Shown: positions 1-12,600 of the stretch, in pieces
How positions within the stretch are numbered: the first letter of the stretch is position 1
Layout of the letters: each line of letters begins with the position of its first letter
Assembly (NCBI GenBank): GCA_002269645.1
Contig: NIVC01003196.1
Span: 48,523-112,522, forward strand
Origin: Macrostomum lignano
Lineage: Eukaryota
Direction of reading: 5' to 3'
Length of the DNA: 64,000 bases
Translations under genes and position numbers: made by a program
Notes under the pieces: model-generated
Database searches by the model: none
Told to the model about the DNA's origin: nothing
What the model saw: the letters and a program-made list of their open reading frames with translations, nothing else

Positions 1-575
1 TGAACTGCGGCCCGTTGTCGGTCACGATCTTGCCTGGCAGTCCCCATCGAGCGAACAGGTCCTTGAGGAAGTCGGCGATGACCTCGGTCGTCACCGAAGC
101 CGTAGTCCGAATCTCTGGCCACTTGGAGTGCAGGTCGATGGCAATGATTGCAAATCGGCTGCTGGCCGGCGCTTCGTGGATCTCGCCGAAGATGTCCAGC
201 TGAATCGTGTGCCACGGCTCTTTGGGCCACTCGCTCGTCTGCGATGGAGCAGCGGGTCGCTTCCACTTCTCCGCCAGGCAGCAGCTGACGCAGGACTTGG
301 CCAGATCCTCCAGTTGGGCGTCGATTCCCGGCCACCAGACCGTATCGCGAGCTCGGTGCTTCATCTTGACGATGCCGCAATGTCCCTGGTGGATCAGCGC
401 TAGTGCAGTGGTGCGCAGACTCTCGGGCACGACCGCGCGGTTGCCGCGAACCAGGAAGTTGCCGACCGTTGACATCTCGTCTCGGAGCTTAAAGAAGATT
501 TTCTCCTCATCTGTTGGCGGCTCCTTCCAGTTGGCTTGAAGCTTTGGGAGACACTGCGAATGAGCGGATCGAACT
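1..575 (-). pseudogene. Integrase: zinc-binding domain and start of rve core
   Basis: Reads ...LIHQGHCGIVKMKHRARDTVWWPGIDAQLEDLAKSCVSC...WHTIQLDIFG...IDLHSKWPE...FARWGLPGKIVTDNGPQF. Confidence 0.9.
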
Positions 576-577
576 GC

Positions 578-745
578 CGGGGTGCAGTGGGATCTGCAAG
601 TAGCTTTGCTTCAGGTCCAGCTTGCTGAAAATCTGCGCGCCTGCAAACTCTGCGGCCAGCTCCTCCTGGGTCGGCACGGGAAACTTATCCGGGTTGATCG
701 CTTGGTTGCAGTTGCGCAGATCAACGCACAGTCGCAGGTCGCCAT
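578..745 (-). pseudogene. Reverse transcriptase fragment (shifted frame)
   Basis: Reads NGDLRLCVDLRNCNQAINPDKFPVPTQEELAAEFAGAQIFSKLDLKQSYLQIPLHP. The YxDD motif and RNase H are absent. Confidence 0.85.
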
Positions 746-1660
746 TCAGGGAGAGGCATCCATCTTCTCGATGACACCTGCGGCCTCCATCTTGCTTAGC
801 TCGTCCTTCACACGGTCCTGAAGTGCCAGCGGCACCCGGCGCAGCGGCTGAACTGTCGGTGTCGCATCCTGGCGCAGCTGTGGTCGATGGCGAAACTTCT
901 TGGCCATACCGATGCCGTCGAAGATTCCCGGGAACTCTCCAGCGATATCATCGATGTTGTTGATTGCGTTGACTCGAATTGAGAATCCCAGCTTGTCCAT
1001 GCCGTCCAGACCGAGGATGTTGGCACCTCGTCGAGCGATGAAGAAGCAGCAGATGGCGGACTTGCCGCGGTGCACAACGCACAGCTCTGCGGTCCCGAGC
1101 ACGTCAATTGCAGAGCCTGTGTACGAGAACAGCTGCTTCGGAGTCGGCGTGATGACGGGTTGCTTCGGCAGGCGTTTCACGGTCTTCTCGTTGATGATGT
1201 TGACTCTTGAGCCCGTGTCCAATAGGAGCCTGACGTCGATGTCAGCAATGCTGCACGTCGCGAAGTTAAGGAGCGAGGCTTCATATTCTACTGCAGACAC
1301 TTCGAATGGCTCGTCGTCTTCGTCCTTTACGGCGCGAACCTGGCGTCGCTGTCGGCAGCAAGCTTTGAAATGTCCGACCTTGTGGCAGTGCAAGCAGGTC
1401 TTGTCCTTCGCTGGACACTCTAAGGCGCGGGCGGCGTGCCCGGCCCTCCCGCAGTTGCCGCACCGTGTCTCTGCGCCGGATTTCTGAGGTGCCGCATGCT
1501 TGGGTCCCTTGCGTGATGACATACGCTGGCTGACCTTCTGGATGCGGGACTCGTCCTTGTCGCCCTTGCCGTCGCGCAGCTTCTTGGCGTCGTTGATTGC
1601 AGATTCGACCTGAACCGCTAATGTCATCGCCCTATCCAGCTCGAGCTCCTTCGAGAGGCA
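746..1660 (-). pseudogene. gag C-terminus (CCHC knuckles), aspartic protease and RT N-terminus; 5'-truncated
   Basis: ORF 746..1627 plus upstream LSKELELDRA. It ends at DASP-TGA, where the usual W(V)SPxVxVxK segment appears deleted. Confidence 0.88.
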
Positions 1661-4360
1661 AATGAGTTCGTTGCAACTCGCAAGTTACTATGTGTGCTTT
1701 CTGGGTAGCTATAGGCCGCGAACAAAGTGTGGGCCTATTAGGGGTGGTGGGATGACATTGAATTTGAGAGTTGTAGCTAATTTAAACCCTTAACTTGTCT
1801 TTTTTAGTGGTGTGGCTTACCTGCTCAACATTTTTAAAATTTTAGTTCTCGTAAGGATGGGGGGCTACTTCTTGAACTTCTTGTAACTTTTAAATATCTA
1901 ATGTTAAATTATAATTCATTGTACAAGGGGGTGCTTCCCTGCTTGTAATTTTTTTAAACTTATTTTATGCTAATTCTTGTTTTTTTGTTATCCATGTTCT
2001 GCAAATGAATTTTTAGATGTTTTTTGTGAGGCCCAGTTGCAGGTTATTTAGTATTCCAAAAAAAACCATTTTAATAGTTGAATACTCCTGCTAGAACTGA
2101 GGTTGATGAACTTTTTTCTTAACCTACATACCAGATCAAAGAATCTAGCTCATAGCTATAAGCCAGATGAAAGAGAAAAGGAAAGAAAATTGAAGATAAG
2201 AAAAAAAAGAGGATAGACAAGAGTCAAGACAAAAGCCAGGTTGCAGATGGTATGCATGTACACCGGAACTTTTCCGGCATACAAAACGGCCACCCTAAGT
2301 CCTTGGTGTACACAATCAGCATATATAACCCCTGGAGCACTTTGTTGGCGTACACTATTGGCGTACACAAGTAACACAGCCACGCATACTTTTTTGGCAT
2401 ACAAATTTTGGTGAATAAATTCATGCCATGCATGAAAATTGTTAAGTAAATTAACCTTTTTATATAAAATAAAGGAAAATTTATCATCAGTGATAAACTT
2501 TTTGCTTCTTTTAAATAATAATAAAAAAAATTAGTGTAAATTTTTGCTAAGAGTATTAATTTTGCATTATATTTTTTGTAGGTACAACTTAAGTTTGTTT
2601 AAATTGAAAATATTTGTAATATTTTAAAAACTGTTTTCATACAAAAGCTTTTCTTAGAAAACTCTACTTGTGAAAAGAAAACGGAATGACTTTTTAGGAA
2701 TTTTTGGTATACATTTTAGTGCAACTTTTTGTTTATGGTGTACACTAGCGTACAAAGTCCTTGATGCCCAATTTTTTTCCGGCATACACGGGTACATGAT
2801 TCGCACACTGAGACAAAAGATGGTGTGAGAGGAGATATAAGAGATAAAATAAGAAAAAAGATTAAAAAAGATAGAGAATCAAAGAAATAAGAGAGAAAAG
2901 GGAGAAAAAAGAAGAAAAAAGAGTTAAAAAGAAACATGAGCTTTGAGCAAGCCAGATTGCTGTTGTGAAGTTTCAAAGAACCCAAAGGTCAGATAGAGGG
3001 TCTATAGGCTGCATATAGCTTGCTAGCCATAGTTTGCTAATACCTAGGCTATACTAGAAAGTTGGCAAAAATCTTGTATATTATTAATTGTATAAATAAG
3101 ACCTATTTATAATTTAAGTATACATATAGTACTAATTTATTTTAATTTTATTCATTGTCTACTTTTCAATGGCTGTTACTTTAAAAAAATAGAGTCAAAT
3201 CAAACCAATAAGTAAAATAAAAAATGGACATATGCTAGCTGTTTTCGTTTTTTATAACTTTGTATAACTGTTAAGCCAATGCATGATTTTCATATTGAGA
3301 TATTTTATTGATACATATTAACTCTCTTAACAACACTTTTCTGGTATCTTTTTGCCAGAACTAATCAAGGAATATCTTGAAAAAATGTCTTCTGCACTAA
3401 ACTCAAACTTTGGCTTGGATAGAAAAACATGCAGCACATCTCCATATCAGTTTTCTGACTTGGCCTCCCTGAATTCTGTGCATAGCAATGCTGCAATTCG
3501 CTGGGAAGATTATTTTGATGAGCCAACTGGAACAGCCATTGCACCACCCACATCACTAAGCTGCAGATTGTTATCTGATCTTGGCATCAGCCCTGCTATT
3601 ATTCAACCAATGAAAGTGGAGATGTTCTACTGCTGTAGCAGTTGTGATTTTGGCTGTCAGCTATGCTTGAACACTACTAAAAGTAGTGCCAGTCTAGAGC
3701 TAACTTCAACAAGAACTGTGACACAAACCTGCTCAGAACGTTTAAAGAGACCAGCTGTGATCATTCAACATGGACAGCCCAGGCGGAGCCAACTTGGATA
3801 AACTACCAAGGATATTATTTTACTAGATGTTTAACTTGCATATTTTACATAGAATTGCCTCAATACTAAATTTGTTATCAGAGAATCAGTTTTTCAAATG
3901 ATGATTTTTATCAAGCATATAAGCTGCTGTATTACGGACTGTTGTGTTAACAAAACTCTGTGATAAAAAGATTTTTAAAATTGGGTTAATATTAATACTC
4001 ACTATATGCCTCTTCCAATCTGATCATTGTAAAGCAAACACTTTTTAAACTGTGAATTTATAAATAAGACAAACAATATATGCATAAATTAATCTGAAAT
4101 GCCTTTTCTATCCATTACTACTGGGCAGTTGTAACATTGTCAGCTAATTTGTACACAACAAAAATTTCTATTTACATTTATTGCTGTTCATAAAGCTTCA
4201 AAATAAATACCCTCTCTAAACAATTTTGGCTACTTTTATTGTTAGAATTGTGAAATTGTTTTTTAAAATCAAGCTTAAAACCTTTATATCTTCTTTTAAA
4301 AGTAGTAGCTAGGATTATAAATTATTGTATGGACTGAGGAGATGAATATTGTATTCAAAG

Positions 4361-4957
4361 AGAGGCAGAGTCAAGCACTGAGGGAGTGGAGACGCAGAGT
4401 CAAGCACTGAGGGAGTGGAGAGGCAGAGTCAAGCACTGAGGGGGAGTGGAGACGCAGAGTCAAGCACTGAGGGGGAGTGGAGACGCAGAGTCAAGCACTG
4501 AGGGGGAGTGGAGACGCAGAGTCAAGCACTGAGGGAGTGGAGACGCAGAGTCAAGCACTGAGGGAGTGGAGAGGCAGAGTCAAGCACTGAGGGGGAGTGG
4601 AGACGCAGAGTCAAGCACTGAGGGAGTGGAGACGCAGAGTCAAGCACTGAGGGGGAGTGGAGACGCAGAGTCAAGCACTGAGGGGGAGTGGAGACGCAGA
4701 GTCAAGCACTGAGGGGGAGTGGAGACGCAGAGTCAAGCACTGAGGGGGAGTGGAGACGCAGAGTCAAGCACTGAGGGGGAGTGGAGACGCAGAGTCAAGC
4801 ACTGAGGGGGAGTGGAGACGCAGAGTCAAGCACTGAGGGGGAGTGGAGACGCAGAGTCAAGCACTGAGGGGGAGTGGAGACGCAGAGTCAAGCACTGAGG
4901 GGGAGTGGAGACGCAGAGTCAAGCACTGAGGGGGAGTGGAGACGCAGAGTCAAGCAC
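4361..4957. repeat. Minisatellite, 29/31-bp unit GAGTCAAGCACTGAGG(GG)GAGTGGAGACGCA
   Basis: About 20 near-identical tandem copies, read directly. Confidence 0.97.
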
Positions 4958-5350
4958 CCAGGTAAGTGGAATTCTATTTTTTTCCAGATACAATTGCTCA
5001 AGTTTCTGAGAAGGAATTCGTGTCAAATTTGTGTCTAACGCTCCTAATTATCTTGTCTGTCACTCTGTATATCTTTCATATTTCTCTTGATAGAAATTTG
5101 TCAATAATTTGGTTGCATTGCTGGTACGTCTCATCGGATCCGAAGGATATGGATTTGTCTTAGTCGCACGCCAGTTAATCTGGTTAGAGTGGCATGGATA
5201 CACATTCGCACGGTTGCATACTTCGGCAAAACTACTTTAATGCAACTGAAGCAAGAGCGATTCAGGCGTAAAGGGGTGCGACTAACTTATTCCACTGTAG
5301 AATGGTCTTATCGTTTTTGTTAGAATAAATTGTCAAGTTCATTGTTCACT

Positions 5351-6688
5351 TGCTATCTCCATATCAGTGTGTGCTACCCTCCATATCAGTGTGTGCTATC
5401 CTCCAATATCAGTGTGCGTGCTACCCTCCATATCAGTGTGTGCTAACCTCCATACCAGTATGTGTGCTACCCTCCATATCAGTGTGTGTGCTACCCTCCA
5501 TATCAGTGTGCTATCCTCCATATCAGTGTGTGCTAACCTCCATACCAGTATGTGTGCTACCCTCCATATCAGTGTGTGTGCTACCCTCCATATCAGTGTG
5601 CTATCCTCCATATCAGTGTGTGCTACACTCCATATCAGTGTGTGCTACCCTCCATATCAGTGTGTGTGCTACCCTCCATATCAGTGTGTGTGCTACCCTC
5701 CATATCAGTGTGTGCTACCCTCCATATCAGTGTGTCCTACCCTCCATATCAGTGTGTCCTACCCTCCATATCAGTGTGTGTGCTACCCTCCATATCAGTT
5801 TGTGTACTACCCTCCATATCAGTGTGTGCTACCCTCCATATCAGTGTGTGTGCTACCCTCCATATCAGTATGTGTGCTACCCTCCATATCAGTGTGTGCT
5901 ATCCTCCATATCAATGTGTGCTATCCTCCATATCAGCGTGTGCTACCCTCCATATCAGTGTGTGCTATCCTCCATATCAGTGTGTGCGCTACCCTCCATA
6001 TCAGTGTGTGCTACCCTCCATATCAGTGTGTGCTATCCTCCAATATCAGTGTGCGTGCTACCCTCCATATCAGTGTGTGCTAACCTCCATACCAGTATGT
6101 GTGCTACCCTCCATATCAGTGTGTGTGCTACCCTCCATATCAGTGTGCGCTATCCTCCATATCAGTGTGTGCTACCCTCCATACCAGTATGTGTGCTGCC
6201 CTCCATACCAGTATGTGTGCTACCCTCCATACCAGTATGTGTGCTACCCTCCATACCAGTATGTGTGCTACCCTCCATATCAGTGTGTGCTACCCTCCAT
6301 ATCAGTGTGTGTGCTACCCTCCATATCAGTATGTGTGCTATCCTCCATATCAGTGTGTGCGCTACCCTCTATATCAGTGTGTGCGCTACCCTCCATATCA
6401 GTGTGCTATCCTCCATATCAGTGTGTGCTACCCTCCATATCAGTGTGTGTGCTACCCTCCATATCAGTGTGTGTGCTACCCTCCATACCAGTATGTGTGC
6501 TACCCTCCATACCAGTATGTGTGCTACCCTCCATACCAGTATGTGTGCTACCCTCCATACCAGTATGTGTGCTACCCTCCATAGCAGTATATGTGCTACC
6601 CTCCATACCAGTATGTGTGCTACCCTCCATACCAGTATATGTGCTACCCTCCATACCAGTATGTGTGCTACCCTCCATATCAGTGTGT
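5351..6688. repeat. Minisatellite, 22-24-bp unit CCATATCAGT(GT)GTGTGCTACCCT
   Basis: Tandem copies with a variable GT run; source of the YPPYQCV ORFs. Confidence 0.97.
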
Positions 6689-7507
6689 GCACTGCGAACC
6701 ATGTACCCGAAAAGCTTTAAGCTTTCACGTTAAGCCTCTGAATTTGTCAGGGTGTGTCGCGTACCAAAAAATATCTCAAAAAATTCACGCGATTTTCGGG
6801 TGTCTGGTAAAAATGACAGATTCTCCGTCTGAATATTTCAATGAAACGCTGCAATGTTTTGCATTATGGTGCAGTCTTCATTTATTATTAATCGTTAAAA
6901 ATTTCATACATAATGTTTCCTATTGATAGGCGACATATCTTCATTAGAATTTCGTGTCTAAGATGACTGGATTTGAGCTTGATGCAATTTGCTTGTGTTT
7001 CAATAGCATCATGGAAACCGGAGTAGGATGCTGCAATTTAACTTTCTTAGAAATGATTGATGCATATAGTTTGATGCTGCACTTACCGGTGAAAAGCTGT
7101 CAGCTCATTAAACTTTATAAGGTGAGATCTGACAACGTGCGGGCTTCTTGAATTTTAGTAATTTTTATAGTAATGCGCTATTCTTTGGCCAAACTGATCT
7201 GCGGTAAACTTTAAGCTGACTTGACTGCTTGATTGAGACTGATAGATGAATATGAAATCAACTTCATTAAGTTCTGCTCTCCTTGCAGTCTTTCCTTTAA
7301 TTTCCTTTCTAATCGGCCCGTCTCTCACAACAGTGATTGGATTCCTCTAAGTAGGCACCCCCTCACCTTACTGAAACTTAATCCGATTCAAATGAGCCTT
7401 CAGAGTCGCGGCTCGCTCACGCTGCCTTGAACGGGACGCCACAATCAACCAGCTTGCTGAGGCACTATTTTATTAATCAGGAAAAATACAACTCGACCAG
7501 TTGAGCT

Positions 7508-9033
7508 AATCTCCAATCTTGCATTGCACTGATCTCCAACCTTGCATTGCGATAATCTCCAATCTTGCATTGCGCTGATCTCCAATCTTGCATTGCACTG
7601 ATCTCCAATCTTGCATTGCGCTGATCTCCAATCTTGCATTGCGCTGATCTCCAATCTTGCATTGCGCTGATCTCCAATCTTGCATTGCGCTGGTCTCCAA
7701 TCTTGCATTGCGCTGATCTCCTATCTTGCATTGCGCTGATCTCCAATCTTGCATTGCGCTGATCTCCAATCTTGCATTGCGCTGATCTCCTATCTTGCAT
7801 TGCGCTGATCTCCAATCTTGCATTGCGCTGATCTCCAATCTTGCATTGCGCTGATCTTCAATCTTGCATTGCGATGATCTCCAATCTTGCATTGCGATAA
7901 TCTCCAATCTTACATTGCGCTGATCTCTAATCTTGCATTGCGCTGATCTCCAATATTGCATTGCGATGATCTCCAATCTTGCATTGCGCTGATCTCCTAT
8001 CTTGCATTGCGCTACTCTCCAATCTTGCATTGCGATGATCTCCAATCTTGCATTGCGCTGATCTCCAATCTTGCATTGAGCTGATCTCCAATCTTGCATT
8101 GCGCTGATCTCCAATCTTGCATTGCGCTGATCTTCAATCTTGCATTGCGATGATCTCCAATTTTACATTGCGATAATATCCAATCTTACATTGCGCTGAT
8201 CTCCAATCTTGCATTGCGCTGATCTCCAATCTTGCATTGCGATGATCTCTAATCTTGCATTGCGCTGATCTCCTATCTTGCATTGCGCTGATCTCCTATC
8301 TTGCATTGCGCTGATCTCCAATCTTGCATTGCGCTGATCTCTAATCTTGCATTGCGCTGATCTCCTATCTTGCATTGCGCTGATCTCCAATCTTGCATTG
8401 CGATGATCTCCAATCTTGCATTGCGCTGATCTCCAATCTTGCATTGCGCTGATCTCCAATCTTGCATTGCGATGATCTCCAAGATGATTGCGCTGATCTC
8501 CAATTTTGCATTGCGATGATCTCCAATCTTGCATTGCGCTGATCTCCAATCTTGCATTGCGCTGATCTCTAATCTTGCATTGCGCTGATCTCCTATCTTG
8601 CATTGCGCTGATCTCCAATCTTGCATTGCGATGATCTCCAATCTTGCATTGCGCTGATCTCCAATCTTGCATTGCGCTGATCTCCAATCTTGCATTGCGA
8701 TGATCTCCAAGATGATTGCGCTGATCTCCAATTTTGCATTGCGATGATCTCCAATCTTGCATTGCGCTGATCTCCAATCTTGCATTGCGATGATCTCCAA
8801 TCTTGCATTGCGCTGATCTCCAATCTTGCATTGCGCTGATCTCCTATCTTGCATTGCGATGATCTCCAATCTTGCATTGCGATGATCTATAATCTTACAT
8901 TGCGATAATATCCAATCTTGCATTGCGCTGATCTCCAATCTTGCATTGCGATGATCTCCAATCTTGCATTGCGCTGATCTTCAATCTTGCATTGCGATGA
9001 TCTCCAATCTTGCATTGCGCTGATCTCTAATCT
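7508..9033. repeat. Minisatellite, 23-bp unit GATCTCCAATCTTGCATTGCGCT
   Basis: Continuous tandem copies, read directly. Confidence 0.97.
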
Positions 9034-9621
9034 TGCTACGCATTGCGCTACGCAGTCTCCAGTTTGCACCGCACCAGCGACAGCTCGAATCGATTTGCCG
9101 GCTTTCAGCCTGCCAACAGCGCGCCATCTCTAATAGTCTGCTGTGATCTGGCGCAACCATTTTCAGGGCATAAGACAGAAAAAAATTGAGTACAAGCGTT
9201 TGAATCCAATGTTTACCGGGCATAAACCTTCCGCCATCCCCACCCAACACTCTACTGCACTATCGCGCAAGTTGCGTTATTTGGGTCGTTTGCAGTTGCC
9301 AGCAGTGTTCACCCGGTGAATCAGCAAGACTAAGCCAAAGATGCACAGTCGACTGGAAATCTGAGAAAATTCACGATTGTATTTTTAGCAGCCTAAAAAT
9401 AACGATTTCAAAGCGGGGAAGAATTTGCTTAGAGCGTGGGACAATGACTGTCAGCGTCTCTTGTCAGATTGTGTATCAGCTGTCTTTAGCTTGTCTCAAA
9501 ATAGAAAACGATTCAATGGCAACGCAAATAAAAAGGATTCGTCTTTGAATATAACACCTGTTTACACAGCGCATTTCGTGCACATTTTTTATGATTTAGG
9601 ACTGTCTTCAAATGCAATGTG

Positions 9622-12600
9622 GAACACACGACACTGCAGGACACAGGGCACTGCAGGACACATGGCACTGCAGGAGACACGGCACTGCAGGACACACGGC
9701 ACTGCAGGACACACGGCACTGCAGGACACAGGGCAATGCAGGACACATGGCACTGCAGGAGACACGGCACTGCAGGACACACGGCACTGCAGGACACACG
9801 GCACTGCAGGACACAGGGCACTGCAGGACACATGGCACTGCAGGAGACACGGCACTGCAGGACACACGGCACTGCAGGACACACGACACTGCAGGACACA
9901 TGGCACTGCAGGAGACACGGCACTGCAGGACACAGGGCACTGCAGGACACAAAGCACTGCAGGACACATGGCACTGCAGGAGACACGGCACTGCAGGACA
10001 CACGGCACTGCAGGACACAGGGCACTGCAGGACACGGCACTGCAGGACACACGGCACTGCAGGACACAGGGCACTGCAGGAGACACGGCACTGCAGGACA
10101 CAGGGCACTGCAGGACACATGGCACTGCAGGACACACGACACTGCAGGACACATCGCACTGCAGGACACAGGGCACACATCGCACTGCAGGACACACGGC
10201 ACTGCAGGACACATCGCACTGCAGGACACACGACACTGCAGGACACAGGGCACTGCAGGACACACGGCACTGCAGGACACAGGGCACTGCAGGACACACG
10301 ACACTGCAGGACACAGGGCACTGCAGGAGACACGGCACTGCAGGACACACGGCACTGCAGGACACAGGACACTGCAGGACACACGACACTGAAGGACACA
10401 CGAAACTGCAGGACACATCGCACTGCAGGACACACGGCACTGCAGGACACACGGCACTGCAGGAGACACGGCACTGCAGGACACACGGTACTGCAGGACA
10501 CACGGCACTGCAGGACACACGGCACTACAGGACACATGGCACTGCAGGACACATGGCACTGCAGGACACACGGCACTGCAGGACACACGGCACTGCAGGA
10601 CACACGGCACTGCAGGACACAGGGCACTGCAGGACACATGGCACTGCAGGACACACGACACTGCAGGACACAGGGCACTGCAGGAGACACGGCACTGCAG
10701 GACACACGGCACTGCAGGACACAGGACACTGCAGGACACACGACACTGAAGGACACACGAAACTGCAGGACACATCGCACTGCAGGACACACGGCACTGC
10801 AGGACACACGGCACTGCAGGAGACACGGCACTGCAGGACACACGGTACTGCAGGACACACGGCACTGCAGGACACACGGCACTGCAGGACACACGGCACT
10901 GCAGGACACAGGGCACTGCAGAACACACGGCACTGCAGGACACACGGCACTGCAGGACACACGGCACTGCAGGACACAGGGCACTGCAGGACACAGGGCA
11001 CTGCAGGACACATGGCACTGCAGGACACACGGCACTGCAGGACACACGGCACTGCAGGACACAGGGCACTGCAGGACACACGGCACACAAGACACTGCAG
11101 GACACACGGCACTGCAGGACACATGGCACTGCAGGAGACACGGCACTGCAGGACACACGGCACTGCAGGACACACGGCACTGCAGGAGACACGGCACTAC
11201 AGGACACACGGCACTGCAGGACACATGGCACTACAGGACACACGGCACTGCAGGACACACGGCACTGCAGGACACACGGCACTGCAGGACACACGGCACT
11301 GCAGGACACAGGGCACTGCAGGACACATGGCACTGCAGGACACACGGCACTGCAAGACACACGGCACTGCAGGACACACGGCACTGCAGGACACAGGGCA
11401 CTGCAGGACACATGGCACTGCAGGACACACGGCACTGCAGGACACACGGCACTGCAGGACACAGGGCACTGCAGGACACACGGCACACAAGACACTGCAG
11501 GACACACGGCACTGCAGGACACACGGCACTGCAGGACACACGGCACTGCAGGACACACGGTACTGCAGGACACACGGCACTGCAGGACACACGGCACTAC
11601 AGGACACACGGCACTGCAGGACACATGGCACTGCAGGACACACGGCACTGCAGGACACACGGCACTGCAGGACACAGGGCACTGCAGGACACATGGCACT
11701 GCAGGACACACGGCACTGCAAGACACACGGCACTGCAGGACACACGGCACTGCAGGACACAGGGCACTGCAGGACACATGGCACTGCAGGACACACGGCA
11801 CTACAGGACACACGGCACTGCAGGACACATGGCACTGCAGGACACACGGCACTGCAGGACACACGGCACTGCAGGACACAGGGCACTGCAGGACACATGG
11901 CACTGCAGGACACACGGCACTGCAAGACACACGGCACTACAGGACACACGGCACTGCAGGACACACGGTACTGCAGGACACACGGCACTGCAGGACACAC
12001 GGCACTACAGGACACACGGCACTGCAGGACACATGGCACTGCAAGACACACGGCACTGCAGGAGACACGGCACTGCAGGACACACGGCACTGCAAGACAC
12101 ACGGCACTGCAGGAGACACGGCACACACGGCACTGCAGGACACACGGCACTGCAGGACACACGGCACTGCAGGAGACACGGCACTGCAGGACACACGGCA
12201 CTGCAAGACACACGGCACTGCAGGAGACACGGCACACACGGCACTGCAGGACACACGGCACTGCAGGACACACGGCACTGCAGGACACACGGCACTGCAG
12301 GACACACGGCACTGCAGGACACAGGGCACTGCAGGACACACGGCACACAAGACACTGCAGGACACACGGCACTGCAGGACACACGGCACTGCAGGACACA
12401 CGGCACTGCAGGACACACGGCACTGCAAGACACACGGCACTGCAGGAGACACGGCACTGCAGGACACACGGCACTGCAAGACACACGGCACTGCAGGAGA
12501 CACGGCACACACGGCACTGCAGGACACACGGCACTGCAGGACACACGGCACTGCAGGACACACGGCACTGCAGGACACAGGGCACTGCAGGACACACGGC

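Larger units (their letters stand above)
1..1660 (-). mobile_element. Degenerate Ty3/Gypsy LTR retrotransposon internal region (gag end, protease, RT start, integrase); continues past window start
   Basis: Minus-strand translation gives a zinc knuckle (CGNC..H..C, CLHCHKVGHFKAC), an aspartic protease (LLDTGS), the RT start (QPLRRVP; LRLCVDLR..FSKLDLKQSYLQIPL), then integrase (HQGHCG..WWPGID..CVSC; QLDIFG..VTDNGPQF). The PR-RT-IN order is Gypsy-type. No LTR seen. Confidence 0.93.

Noticed and set aside
5350-6733. Tyr/Pro/Cys-rich YPPYQCV ORFs resembling a structural or eggshell protein
   Set aside because: Unit length switches between 22 and 24 bp, several frames are equally open, an in-frame TAG variant occurs near 6582, and there is no signal peptide.
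6954-9250. Short ORFs or possible exons around the 23-bp array (6954-7151, 7233-7430, 8981-9250)
   Set aside because: No recognisable domain and no consistent splice-phase chain could be built by eye.
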